Positions 30,928-40,507 are shown, counted from the first letter of the stretch. The stretch: DNA of 64,000 nucleotides from an uncultured Desulfobacteraceae bacterium (GCA_964580575.1 CAZOLJ010000015.1:1329-65328), one strand, 5' to 3'. Translations and numbers: made by a program. Notes: generated by a model not told the origin, from the letters alone.

Positions 30928-31032
30928 GATGAAAAACCTCCGAGTCCAATGAATAAACCAAGTGCGGTAGGGCGTCAAAAACAACCATATTACAGGAGAA
31001 TCGAAATCTCAATCCCCAATCAGCCGGAAACC

Positions 31033-31048
31033 TGGCATGGCATTAGCT
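31033..31048 (+). promoter_or_regulatory. Possible sigma54 promoter
   Basis: TGGCAT-GGCAT-TAGCT: GG-N10-GC spacing is correct, with one deviation from the TTGC consensus. Confidence 0.3.
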
Positions 31049-31148
31049 ACAGCCCTTCCTGCCTCAGAGGCGGACCGGATTTCCCTGTTGAATCCCAAGC
31101 GGCACTTGGTGTTATAATTACTGTCAATGACTGAGCAGAGAGGACCAC

Positions 31149-31422
31149 ATGATATCTGGAGAGACAGACAGGATGCTCATTGGATTGGCGAAGATCGAGA
31201 CGGGACTCTCCAGGGTCTATGAGAAGCTCTCCGGGAAAACCCGCCGGGGTCAAAGCCGACACCCGGAAGCACAAGATGGTCTTGATCGATTACGCAAGAG
31301 GCATCAAGGAGTTCTGCCGCCCCTGCTCCACCCTCAACTCTTATTGGGGTGAAGGGTTGACAGATTGTTGGAATGCCCTTAAGCTGTCTAAACGATTTTT
31401 GCCATTCTGGGTTCACACCTAG
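31149..31422 (+). pseudogene. Disrupted or chimeric small gene
   Basis: MISGETDRMLIGLAKIETGLSRVYEKLSGK (weakly ferritin/rubrerythrin-like helix), then coding-like sequence continues in another frame (KHKMVLIDYARGIKEFC). Confidence 0.3.
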
Positions 31423-31462
31423 AACCTGCGGAAATGGATTTTCACTCAGAAGGAGGTCAGCC

Positions 31463-31999
31463 ATGAAGGATGCGTTGAGGGTGGTTCTCGTCGTGCTGTT
31501 TGTCGTTTCGTTCTTCCCCGCAGCGGCATGGGCAGGCGCGGAAATGGGCCAGGTCCCGTCCAAAGTGGATTTGAAAGATCCTTTGGGCGGCCGTCTTGAC
31601 GGCAAACCCTGGAGCAGCGATGAACTCAAGGGGAAAGTCCATGTGCTCTTCTATGTGGACCCGGATGAAAAGGACACGAACAACGACGCGAGCGAAGCCA
31701 TTGACAAGGAGAAGTTCCCGGCAGAGAAGTTTCAGTCCGTGGCGATCATCAATATGGCCGCGACCTTCATGCCCAATTTCCTGATTTCCTCCTCTGTCAA
31801 GGAAAAGCAGGAGAAGTACCCCAGGACCCTGTACTTGCGCGACTACAAGAAAGTGCTTGTTCAGGAATGGAAGCTGGCGGATGACAGCAGCGATATTCTT
31901 GCTTTCGACAAGTCAGGCAAGATCATCTTCCGAAAAGACGGCAAGCTGTCCCCGGAGGAGATTCAGAAACTCATCAAGGCGATCAAGGATAACCTGTAG
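31463..31999 (+). CDS. YtfJ-like exported thioredoxin-fold protein
   Basis: Signal peptide ending AAWA; VLFYVDPDEKDTN and LADDSSDILAFDKSGKIIF; AGGAGG RBS. Confidence 0.65.
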   Translation: MKDALRVVLVVLFVVSFFPAAAWAGAEMGQVPSKVDLKDPLGGRLDGKPWSSDELKGKVHVLFYVDPDEKDTNNDASEAIDKEKFPAEKFQSVAIINMAATFMPNFLISSSVKEKQEKYPRTLYLRDYKKVLVQEWKLADDSSDILAFDKSGKIIFRKDGKLSPEEIQKLIKAIKDNL

Positions 32000-32080
32000 A
32001 GAACGTGAAGGGCAGCCAAGGCTGTGCCCTTCACGGTTTTTATGCCTTCTCGGTTTGCCTGTGAATCCAGGCTCCCTGAA

Positions 32081-32953
32081 TCACTCCAGGATTTCTCCAG
32101 ATAACTTCTGCAGTATCCGATACTCTATGCTGTCGAAGGAGTAAAAAGGCTTGACGGTTGTCAAGGCCTTATGCTCCAGGATCTGTCCGGTTTCGGTATC
32201 CAGCAGAGCGTACCCATGCAGGGAGAATCTGTATCTTCTCTCCTTTCTGGATGTGCAGACAAAGTCCTCTTCCATCACGGCCACAATCACCTTGCGACCT
32301 TTGAAGGAGCCGAACCCTCTCGTCGCATAACCGATTTTTTCCTTTGGAGGAGAGCACTGTGGAGCGCCCCACAGGTTCTCATAAGCCTGGAGTGCGGCGC
32401 TCATATCCGTCTCTAAAAGAAGACTTCCCTCTTGGACCGGAGAGACGGGGAGCACCGCGGAAAAGCTCCTGAACTGTGACCCGACCAGGACCCTGATCTG
32501 CTCAAAGAGGCGCTTTTCTTCCGGGGAACTGACTTTCATCCCGACGGGTGCGATTTCAAAGTCTTTGGTGGCCCCCTGCTTGTCCCTGCGAGCCCTGAAT
32601 TCCATAAGTGGAGAATTGCCGGTGCTGATCTTTTCCTCCCCCATCACGGCGTTTTCAAGGCTAAATCCCCATAAAAGGGAGTCTCCCGCAGCCGATACCC
32701 TGAGCCGGCCGTAAAGCTCTCCGGAGAAAAATTCATCCTTGTCTCTTACGTTGGTGTGGATTCCGAGTTGGGCGGACAGCTTCACCGCCACAGGCCGATA
32801 TTCGAGAGGAACAGGCGTTTGGATCGATGAAAAGCGGCCTTCGTACATGGGCAAGGTCTTGCTCGAAAGCTCTTCCTGCATGGGCGGGATCGTCTCTGCA
32901 CAGGCGCTAATAAACAAAAAAGCAACGATGATGCAGTATGTTCTGGCGATCAT
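32081..32953 (-). CDS. Hypothetical lipoprotein
   Basis: Lipobox-like FLFISAC; 290 aa. Confidence 0.65.
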   Translation of the reverse strand: MIARTYCIIVAFLFISACAETIPPMQEELSSKTLPMYEGRFSSIQTPVPLEYRPVAVKLSAQLGIHTNVRDKDEFFSGELYGRLRVSAAGDSLLWGFSLENAVMGEEKISTGNSPLMEFRARRDKQGATKDFEIAPVGMKVSSPEEKRLFEQIRVLVGSQFRSFSAVLPVSPVQEGSLLLETDMSAALQAYENLWGAPQCSPPKEKIGYATRGFGSFKGRKVIVAVMEEDFVCTSRKERRYRFSLHGYALLDTETGQILEHKALTTVKPFYSFDSIEYRILQKLSGEILE

Positions 32954-32975
32954 AGGTTGTACCGATGGGGTTATC

Positions 32976-33437
32976 TCATTTGGGTTCAGCGCTCGACATC
33001 AGGGTCCTCAAGACATCCTCTTTCCCGATAATCCCTACAAGCTTTTTCCCTTCCACCACAGGAAGGGTGTGGAAATTCTTGTCCACCATGAGAGTCGCTA
33101 TCTCCTCGATGCTGGTTTCAGTCTGAACCGTGACCGGGTAAGGAGTCATAGAGTCAGCGACCGTGGTGGCTGCGATCTTCTGAAAAGCTTTTTCGAAGTG
33201 CTTGGCCGATCGCAAAGGAATAAAACCATCCAGGAGAGTGAATAGGGAGGGGATGGGGAGTTCCTTCTGCTGGGCAATCAAGTCACTCTGGCAAAGGATC
33301 CCCACAAGCCGTCCTGAGTCCACGACCGGAACCCCATTGATCCCTTTTTCAAGAAGGATTTCTGCCGCTTTTGTGATTTCCGTCTTCGGGGACACGGTAA
33401 TGAGCTCTTTCGTCATGATGTCCTTGGCCTTGATCAT
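32976..33437 (-). CDS. CBS-domain pair protein
   Basis: AKDIMT..LITV...GVPVVD.G.LVGIL; TVADSMT..PVTV...LPVVE..LVGII. Confidence 0.92.
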   Translation of the reverse strand: MIKAKDIMTKELITVSPKTEITKAAEILLEKGINGVPVVDSGRLVGILCQSDLIAQQKELPIPSLFTLLDGFIPLRSAKHFEKAFQKIAATTVADSMTPYPVTVQTETSIEEIATLMVDKNFHTLPVVEGKKLVGIIGKEDVLRTLMSSAEPK

Positions 33438-33473
33438 TTCTCCAACTCCCTGCGCCGGAGCGCGAAAGAAATG

Positions 33474-33646
33474 AAGCTCTCCGCAGCAAACTGCGGGGTA
33501 TCAGAGCGGAATTGCGCCGAAGCCAACCCGCCTTCGCTCTTAGAGCTACGGCGCGGTTCACCTCGCCATTTTATCGGGCCGAAGCCTTGGCGAAGGCCGA
33601 TCATCCCTGAATCAAGCTACAAGGTATTCCGGCGAAGGCGAATAAA
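33474..33646. mobile_element. Non-coding palindromic element resembling a non-autonomous IS200/IS605-type (PATE-like) element
   Basis: aagctctccgcagcaaactgcggggtatc...aagctacaaggtattccggcgaaggcgaataaa, containing a ccgcag/ctgcgg hairpin; no transposase nearby. Confidence 0.45.
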
Positions 33647-33700
33647 AGGGGCTCCACCATAGCTTTATTAATCGTCTCGGAATAGTATTGACTATGCGCT

Positions 33701-33754
33701 CCCCCTCACCCTGCCCTCTCCCCCAGGCTTGGGGGAGAGGGCAGGGTGAGGGGG
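33701..33754. repeat. Perfect 25-bp inverted repeat (REP-like)
   Basis: ccccctcaccctgccctctccccca-ggct-tgggggagagggcagggtgaggggg. Confidence 0.85.
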
Positions 33755-33896
33755 CGTCGCGATGTAAAGACAATTGTGGGACCATTAATAAAAGACATTA
33801 TGCGACAAAAGTCGGAATTTCACAAGACTTGATTAGCGCTCATGCCCCTGATACAAAAGGAAAAGGGCAGGGCGGACCGGAACGCCGTGGAGGAGG

Positions 33897-34730
33897 TTGA
33901 TGGCTAAGATCGGAATCGCTCTTGGCGGAGGCGGAGCCAAAGGATTGGCCCATATTCCCATTCTTGAAGTGTTTGAGGAATTGGGGATCCGACCGGTGTG
34001 TGTGGCGGGCACCAGTATCGGTGCCATTCTCGGGGTGCTTTACTGCTCAGGCATCCCGCCGAGCCAAACCCGTCGCGAACTGACGGAGGCCAGCCTTTCC
34101 GGGGAGGAGAGGTTGAGAGATCTCTTGGGCAAGCGTGAGATTCTCAAATGGCTCGACTTCGCTCGGTTTCAATTCGATGGAAGCGCGTTGTTGAGAAGTG
34201 ACAGGGTCATGGACATCCTCTTCAGGGATCTGGAACCCCGCCGATTCGAGGACCTTCACACGCCCTTGAAGGTCGTTGCCACGGATTTCTGGGCGCGTGA
34301 ACCCGTTGTCCTGGATCGGGGTGAACTCATCCCTGCGCTGAAAGCCTCCATGGCTGTGCCCGGGGTTTTCCCACCTGTGGAGATCGAGGGTCGTTTGTTG
34401 GTCGACGGCGGCATGGTCAATCCCATCCCTTATGATCTGCTGCCTCAGCAGTGTGACATCACCATCGCCGTTGATGTAGCCGGAAGGCGGACGTCTTCTT
34501 CGGACGCGACCCCCTCCATGGCAGACCTCGTTTTCAATGCTTTCCAGATCGCCGCGCGGAGCATCGTGCAGGAGAAATTGTGCCGCGTGAAGCCGGACAT
34601 CTATGTTGAGCCGGACATTGAGGACATCCGGCTCCTTGAATTTTACAAAGCGGCACAGGTGTTTCGTCAGGCTCAGCCTGCGAAAGAGCAGTTCAAGCGC
34701 GAACTGGAATTGAAGTTGGCGAGGTTTTGA
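33897..34730 (+). CDS. Patatin-like phospholipase
   Basis: GGGGAKG, GTSIG and DGG motifs. Confidence 0.92.
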   Translation: MMAKIGIALGGGGAKGLAHIPILEVFEELGIRPVCVAGTSIGAILGVLYCSGIPPSQTRRELTEASLSGEERLRDLLGKREILKWLDFARFQFDGSALLRSDRVMDILFRDLEPRRFEDLHTPLKVVATDFWAREPVVLDRGELIPALKASMAVPGVFPPVEIEGRLLVDGGMVNPIPYDLLPQQCDITIAVDVAGRRTSSSDATPSMADLVFNAFQIAARSIVQEKLCRVKPDIYVEPDIEDIRLLEFYKAAQVFRQAQPAKEQFKRELELKLARF

Positions 34731-34732
34731 CG

Positions 34733-37015
34733 ATGAAGCCCTTGGCTTTGGAAGAGAGTGAGGTTCTTTTCGGGTCGGATCCCCTTCAGGGGATCGTGGC
34801 GGTTGAACCTTCAGGGGACAAGACTATGCGCCTTTTTCTGAGGCACGGGAAAAAACGGGTCGCCCAGGAGGAGCCGTTCGTCTCCTTCATCCTGGTGGAG
34901 GATGAAAAGCTCATGAAGGGTTTCAAGAGCCCCTACAGGGCCGAACATCTCTCTGCAGCCAACGAATACAGGGTTCTCGCGCTCTTCGAGGGCTGGGAGG
35001 CGTGTCAGAAGGCGAGAGACCATCTTCAGAAACGAACCGGGGAGAGTGCCTCATCGCCTCAAGCGCCCTACCTCTATGTTGCCGATCCGGTCCACCAGTT
35101 TCTGCTTCTCACCGGCAAAACGCTTTTCAAAGGGCTTGCTTTCAAAGACCTTCACCGGATGGCTCTCGATATTGAAACCGCCTGCGCTCCCGGATTTGAA
35201 TTCTCCAACCCGGAAAGAGAGGAGGACAGGATTCTCTCCATCGCTCTGATGGACAATCAGGGCTATTGCGAAGTGATCTTCGGAAAGGACATGGAAGAGA
35301 AGAAAATGCTTGCCTCCCTTGGCGAGAGGATCACCCGGCTCGACCCGGACGTGATCGAGGGACACAACCTCTTCAACTTCGATCTCGAGTACCTCAGGGC
35401 AAGGGCGAAGCGGCACGGGGTCCCTTTGGCGTGGGGCAGGGACGGGAGTTCCCCGCGTATCCGGCGGTCCCGGTTCACGGTGGCGGAGAGAATTATCGAT
35501 TTCACACGCATGGACATTTTCGGCAGGCACGTGGTGGACACTCTGTTTTTGCTCCAGTACTACGATGTCACGGCGCGGGAAATGGAAAGCTATGGTCTCA
35601 AAGCGGCCGCTCAACACTTCGGCCTGGCAGAGGAAGGCCGCACCTACATCGAAGGGAAGGACATCCAGTGGTTCTTCGACCATGACCCGGAGTCGCTCAA
35701 AAAATACAACCTCGAAGACGCGAAGGAGACCCTCGCCCTGTCGGAATTGCTGGGGTATCCCTTTTTCCTGCAAGCCAGGATCTTCCCTTACTCCTACCAG
35801 AACATTTTTGTCCGCGGAAACGCCACCAAGATCGATGCCCTTTTCCTTAGAGAGTACTTGAAGCAGCGTGCTTCCGTCCCTAGGCCCAAAGGCGGCGGGG
35901 AGTTTGAAGGAGGCTACACCGATGTGTTTGTGACGGGGGTAGTGCATCATGTGGTCCACTGCGATGTGGCTTCCCTCTATCCCTCGATTATGCTTGCCTA
36001 CGGCCTCAAGCCTGCGGGCGATACCCTCAATGTCTTTCTTCCCCTGCTTCGTGATTTGAGAGAGTTCCGCCTTGAAGCAAAGAGTCGGGCCAAGGAGGCT
36101 GAAGCCCCCCATGAACACGACTACTACGAGGCGCTGCAGCAGACCTTCAAGATCCTGATCAATTCCTTTTACGGCTACCTCGGCACGGAGCTTCATCATT
36201 TCGCGGACCAGGAGCTGGCCGCTGAGGTGACCCGCAAGGGGAGGGAGATTATTCACAACATGATCGAGTGGCTCAGAAAAGAAGGCGCAACTCCCGTGGA
36301 GATCGACACAGACGGCATTTACTTCCTCCCACCGGAGCGCGTGAAAACGGAAAAGCAGGAGAAGGAACTGGTGGCACGCCTCAACGAGAGCCTGGCAGAA
36401 GGAATTGAAGTCAGCATGGACGGGCGGTACAAGGCCATGTTCTCCTACAAGAGGAAGAATTATGCCCTTCTCGACGAGAAGGGCGGCCTGATGATCAAAG
36501 GGAGCGCTCTTCGATCAAGGGGGATGGAGAAATACCTCAGGGAATTCCTCTCGGAAATGATTCGTTTGCTCCTGGAAGGCAGGGCAGGGGAGATCGAGGG
36601 GTTGCTGAAAAAGGCCATGGCCAGGCTCGAACACCATCAGTTCCCCATTTCCGAGTTAGCGAAAACAGAGGCCCTCAGTGAGTCGCCGGTCATTTACAAA
36701 GAGAAAGTGAAGCAGGGAAAACGAAACCCCGCAGCACTCTATGAACTGGCCCTTGCCTCGGGACGTTCGTACCGGGCCGGCGACCAGCTTTCCTATTACG
36801 TGACAGGGGAGACCAAGAAAGTGAAGGTCTACGAAAACAGCAAGCTGGCTTCCCAATATAATCCTGCGAGCCCCGATGAAAACGTTTCCTACTACCAGGA
36901 CAAGCTGCTCGCTTTCATCGAGAAGTTCAAGGAGTTCCTGCCCAAGGGGGAAACGTCGTTAACCAAGGAACCCAAGAAAGCGAAGAAGCCCCGCACTAAA
37001 GCCCAGGGCACGTGA
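34733..37015 (+). CDS. polB: Family B DNA polymerase with 3'-5' exonuclease domain
   Basis: Exo motifs DIET, HNLFNFD and YNLED; polymerase motifs DVASLYPS, KILINSFYG and IDTDG. Confidence 0.9.
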   Translation: MKPLALEESEVLFGSDPLQGIVAVEPSGDKTMRLFLRHGKKRVAQEEPFVSFILVEDEKLMKGFKSPYRAEHLSAANEYRVLALFEGWEACQKARDHLQKRTGESASSPQAPYLYVADPVHQFLLLTGKTLFKGLAFKDLHRMALDIETACAPGFEFSNPEREEDRILSIALMDNQGYCEVIFGKDMEEKKMLASLGERITRLDPDVIEGHNLFNFDLEYLRARAKRHGVPLAWGRDGSSPRIRRSRFTVAERIIDFTRMDIFGRHVVDTLFLLQYYDVTAREMESYGLKAAAQHFGLAEEGRTYIEGKDIQWFFDHDPESLKKYNLEDAKETLALSELLGYPFFLQARIFPYSYQNIFVRGNATKIDALFLREYLKQRASVPRPKGGGEFEGGYTDVFVTGVVHHVVHCDVASLYPSIMLAYGLKPAGDTLNVFLPLLRDLREFRLEAKSRAKEAEAPHEHDYYEALQQTFKILINSFYGYLGTELHHFADQELAAEVTRKGREIIHNMIEWLRKEGATPVEIDTDGIYFLPPERVKTEKQEKELVARLNESLAEGIEVSMDGRYKAMFSYKRKNYALLDEKGGLMIKGSALRSRGMEKYLREFLSEMIRLLLEGRAGEIEGLLKKAMARLEHHQFPISELAKTEALSESPVIYKEKVKQGKRNPAALYELALASGRSYRAGDQLSYYVTGETKKVKVYENSKLASQYNPASPDENVSYYQDKLLAFIEKFKEFLPKGETSLTKEPKKAKKPRTKAQGT

Positions 37016-37152
37016 GGGGCAAGGAGGAACGCCAGTATCACTTTGGCTTTTGTCGACTTGGCCAATCTCTCCATGGGCAGGACCCTGAATAGCGCTTCTC
37101 CAAGATCCTTGTGCCCGTGCAGCGAGCTGCTTAAGGTCGCCACCCGCCGTGC

Positions 37153-37416
37153 TCATTCCCCCAGATAATCGATAAGGAGGATCCAGAGCCTCTCCCACCC
37201 TTCCCTGTCGACAACCGGCATGAAAAGCCCCGTTTGAAAGGAATAATCGCCGCAGAAGCTCGCAATCTCAGGGTGTTTCCTCTTCACGTCCTCCCAGATC
37301 ACGCCGGCACGCTCCGAGTGAGTCAAAGCTCCAATGGCGTCGAGCACAGACACCTTCCCATCAGGGGTGAATCTCACGGGATCGCCGTCAAAATTCACAA
37401 CAAGATTTTGCTCCAT
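37153..37416 (-). CDS. Small Bro-N-like protein
   Basis: VRFTPDGKVSVLDAIGALT...WEDVKRKHPE...PVVDREG resembles a Bro-N DNA-binding domain; AAGGAGA RBS. Confidence 0.5.
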   Translation of the reverse strand: MEQNLVVNFDGDPVRFTPDGKVSVLDAIGALTHSERAGVIWEDVKRKHPEIASFCGDYSFQTGLFMPVVDREGWERLWILLIDYLGE

Positions 37417-37767
37417 CGCTAGGTCTCCTTCACGGCTGGCCGTTGTCAAGATGTTGCCGGATGTCCCATCTTCGGCAATGGGAACCCTTCGGCTTCAATC
37501 TCATCGTACAAAAGGAACCTTGCCGAGACATTTCCTGAACATTACAGTTTGGTTAGGTTTTCGAAGACCCGATCGGCTTGCCTCGGAAGGAATGGGCGGT
37601 AGCAAGTCGCAGAAAAACCGTTAGTAAGTGAAGGGATGGACTCGCAAGAAGTCGCGTTCACCCTTCGATACCCTGGTCGCCTTTTACCAGCCTCAGGCTG
37701 GCTGGCGCCGCCGAAGGCGGGTAAACCTCAGGGTGAACGGCTATGGCTGCGTGTAAGTACTTGAATC

Positions 37768-37841
37768 TCCGTTCATGGTGAGCGGTTCGACTTCGCTCAC
37801 CGCCCTGAGCAGGTCGAAGGGGTATCGAACCATGAACGGAA
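37768..37841. repeat. REP-like hairpin carrying a nested second hairpin
   Basis: tccgttcatggtgag[39-nt insert]gtatcgaaccatgaacggaa; the uninterrupted form occurs inverted at 39933-39968. Confidence 0.7.
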
Positions 37842-37876
37842 AAGCGATTTTTGACCTTTTGCGAGACCGTCAAAGT

Positions 37877-38081
37877 ATGACGGCAAAGACAAATCCAGGC
37901 AGCGATCACAGAGGCTTCATGACGATCTTTCGGGCCCTGGCGCACAGGAACTGCCGGCTTTTTTTCAGCGGCCAGAGTATCTCTTTGGTGGGCACATGGA
38001 TGCAACAGATCGCGACGAGCTGGCTCGTGTTTGACCTGACCCACTCGGCATTCCTGTTAGGGATCGTGAACTTTGCCAGCC
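37877..38081 (+). pseudogene. 5' fragment of an MFS transporter
   Basis: FRALAHRNCRLFFSGQSISLVGTWMQQIATSWLVFDLTHSAFLLGIVNFAS, then similarity ends. Confidence 0.8.
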
Positions 38082-38309
38082 GAACATCGGACAGGGTTGG
38101 CGCCTTTTCCGGAGTGACTGGCGGGAGGGCGCCTTCTTTTCACGGTTTATCTATGGGGGAAACCCCTGGCCCCAAGCGAATGCGAGGGGAACAGCGGGAG
38201 GGGGCAAGACTCCCCCGTAAATAAGCCGTAGAAAAGACCAGCCCGGGAGCCCTTGGAACGCAGGAAAAGGTGCCAGCCCTGTCCAGAGTGCTCGGTCCCA
38301 TGCAAACAC

Positions 38310-38494
38310 TTATGAACGTTACTGATCGATGGAATCAACACAAGTTTTCCTGGTGGGACGCCTTGATCCTTTCTGCCGCACAAGTGGGTGAATGCCGTTA
38401 TCTCCTTTCAGAGGACCTCCAGGAAAATCAGGAGCTCGGAAACCTTAGGGTCGTCAATCCTTTCCGAAAAACCCCGGCCTCCCTCCATCCCTGA
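38310..38494 (+). pseudogene. 3' fragment of a PIN-domain (VapC-like) gene
   Basis: FSWWDALILSAAQVGECRYLLSEDLQ...VVNPF; the N-terminal catalytic Asp region is missing. Confidence 0.7.
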
Positions 38495-38522
38495 ACACCG
38501 CGTGAGACCATGAGCTAATGAG

Positions 38523-39692
38523 CTATGCTTTTTGATTCCCTTTCCAGAGAGGAGACATGCTCCGGAGTCTCTCGATTATGGGCGGGAGCTTCTGAAGCGC
38601 ATAATCAATTTCTTCTTCCTGGTTGTAGATGCTCAAGCTGAACCGGATTGATCCTTGGGCCGTGGTTGGCGTGAGTCCCATGGCCAAGAGCACATGGGAG
38701 GGTTCGAGAGAGCCGGAAGAACAGGCAGAGCCTGTGGAGGCGCAAATTCCTTCAGCGTCCAGGGAAAGAAGTATGGATTCACCTTCCACAAACTCAAAAC
38801 TGATGTTGCTGGTATTCGGCAGACGGGGCACCGCACTCCCATTCGCCCTGGTGTGCGGGATGTTCTCAAGGATTTCTTTTTCGAGTTTATCCCGCAACCC
38901 CTTCACCCTTGTGTTTTCCTCATCCAGGCGGAGAGCAGCCAATTCGCAGGCCTTCCCGAGCCCGATGATGGCGGGCGTGTTCTCGGTTCCCGCGCGGCGA
39001 TTCCTTTCCTGGTGCCCGCCGATGACGTAGGGTTTGAATTTCAATCCTGTTCGGGTAAAGAGCACCCCGATCCCCTTGGGAGAGTGGAGCTTGTGACCCG
39101 AAAGGGATAGCATGTCTACGGCGCTGTTGTGAAGGTTGATCGGGATTTTCCCCAAAGCCTGAACCGCATCCGTGTGAAAAAGGATATCCTTTTCCCTGGC
39201 CATTTCCGCCGCCTTTTCGATGGGGAAGATGACGCCTGTCTCATTGTTGGCCCACATCAGACTCACAATGGCCGTATCCGGGGTGAGACTCCTGGCGTAA
39301 AGCTCCATGTCCAGTTCTCCCTGGCTGTTCACAGGGACTTCGGTCACACGGTAACCCTGTTTTGCAAGGTGCTGGCAGAGAGACCTTATCGCAGGGTGTT
39401 CCACCGGGCTGGTGACGATATGGCGTTTTTCCGGATAAGCGGCAAGGGCCGATCGAACCGCGGCATTGTCGCTTTCGGTTCCGCCACTCGTGAATATGAT
39501 TTCCCCGGGCCTGGCTCCCAGAAGGCCTGCCACCTGCTCGCGAGCCTCTGCGACTTTTTCCGCGACTTGCCCGCCAAAGGAATGGGCGCTCGAAGGGTTC
39601 CCGTAAAGCTCGTGAAAATAGGGAAGGATCGTATCAAGGACTTCAGGCGCTACCTGAGTCGTTGCATTGTTGTCGAGATAAATCGTTTTCAT
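38523..39692 (-). CDS. nifS: Cysteine desulfurase (NifS/IscS group I)
   Basis: IYLDNNATT, FTSGGTESDN, HTDAVQA, SGHKLHSPKG and STGSACSSGS. Confidence 0.93.
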   Translation of the reverse strand: MKTIYLDNNATTQVAPEVLDTILPYFHELYGNPSSAHSFGGQVAEKVAEAREQVAGLLGARPGEIIFTSGGTESDNAAVRSALAAYPEKRHIVTSPVEHPAIRSLCQHLAKQGYRVTEVPVNSQGELDMELYARSLTPDTAIVSLMWANNETGVIFPIEKAAEMAREKDILFHTDAVQALGKIPINLHNSAVDMLSLSGHKLHSPKGIGVLFTRTGLKFKPYVIGGHQERNRRAGTENTPAIIGLGKACELAALRLDEENTRVKGLRDKLEKEILENIPHTRANGSAVPRLPNTSNISFEFVEGESILLSLDAEGICASTGSACSSGSLEPSHVLLAMGLTPTTAQGSIRFSLSIYNQEEEIDYALQKLPPIIERLRSMSPLWKGNQKA

Positions 39693-39932
39693 TCGTGTAT
39701 CCTTCCAAGAAAAAAACCGCACTAACATACTCTTTTTCCCGCAGCCGCTTCAACATAATCATTTTCAAGCTCTTGGGCAAACTCATCCTGCTATTGACAT
39801 TTCTTCCATAACCTACTATTGAGTCTCAATTATTCTCGCTAGGATCAGGTTCAAGGGATCGAGGAGTTTTATTTGGGTGTCCTGTTCTTCTATCAACTGA
39901 ATAATGGTCTTATGAGAAGTCAGAAGAATTCG

Positions 39933-40022
39933 TTCCGCTCATGGTTCGATACCTCACCATGAACGGAAACCCAAATACTCACGCCACACATCGCCCGTTC
40001 GCCCTGAGGTATCGAAGGGTGA
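39933..40022. repeat. Composite REP-like element
   Basis: ttccgctcatggttcgatacctcaccatgaacggaa plus gcccgttcgccctgaggtatcgaagggtga; related to 37768-37841. Confidence 0.65.
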
Positions 40023-40062
40023 AAGGGACGTTCTGCATAAACATTGAGGAGAGGAGATTATT

Positions 40063-40503
40063 ATGAAAGTTCCCCAGTACGTCACGGTTGAAGAAGTCAA
40101 AAGGGTATGCAAAGAACTCAGGATCAGCGATTGGACAAAGAAGAAAGCTCCGAAGGTGTCACCAAGGGAAGCAAAGGTGGTATTGTCCGAAGTCAACAAG
40201 GAAAAGATGAAGATCGATTATAAAGACTTTGGCGAAGGACTTCAAGTGGAGCTTGAACATGGCATGACTTTCAAAGACGCCAATGTGACCAATAACCACC
40301 CGGTCCTCACCGGGCTCATTGTGCTGGCCCATTTCAAAGAATCTCTGGACTACTACAAGCTCCTGGAGGTCGCTGAACTCGAGGGGGACCTGGTGAAGGC
40401 CGTTGCCAGAGGCAATGCGGAAAAGATCAAGAACTACTATAAGAGATTGGCTGCGGCAAGGATCACTCTGAGCCAGGCGGAGCTGAAGCGAATCGGGAAA
40501 TAA
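40063..40503 (+). CDS. DUF5661-like protein
   Basis: GLQVELEHG...NVTNNHPVLTGLIVLAHFKESLDYY. Confidence 0.7.
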   Translation: MKVPQYVTVEEVKRVCKELRISDWTKKKAPKVSPREAKVVLSEVNKEKMKIDYKDFGEGLQVELEHGMTFKDANVTNNHPVLTGLIVLAHFKESLDYYKLLEVAELEGDLVKAVARGNAEKIKNYYKRLAAARITLSQAELKRIGK

Positions 40504-40507
40504 AAGA

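Noticed and set aside
31149-31422. Programmed frameshift joining two frames
   Set aside because: No clear slippery heptamer with a downstream structure; a deletion junction or decay is simpler.
37450-37660. Possible riboswitch upstream of the Bro-N-like gene
   Set aside because: No convincing match to the c-di-GMP or other aptamer consensus sequences I know; part of the region is a MITE end.
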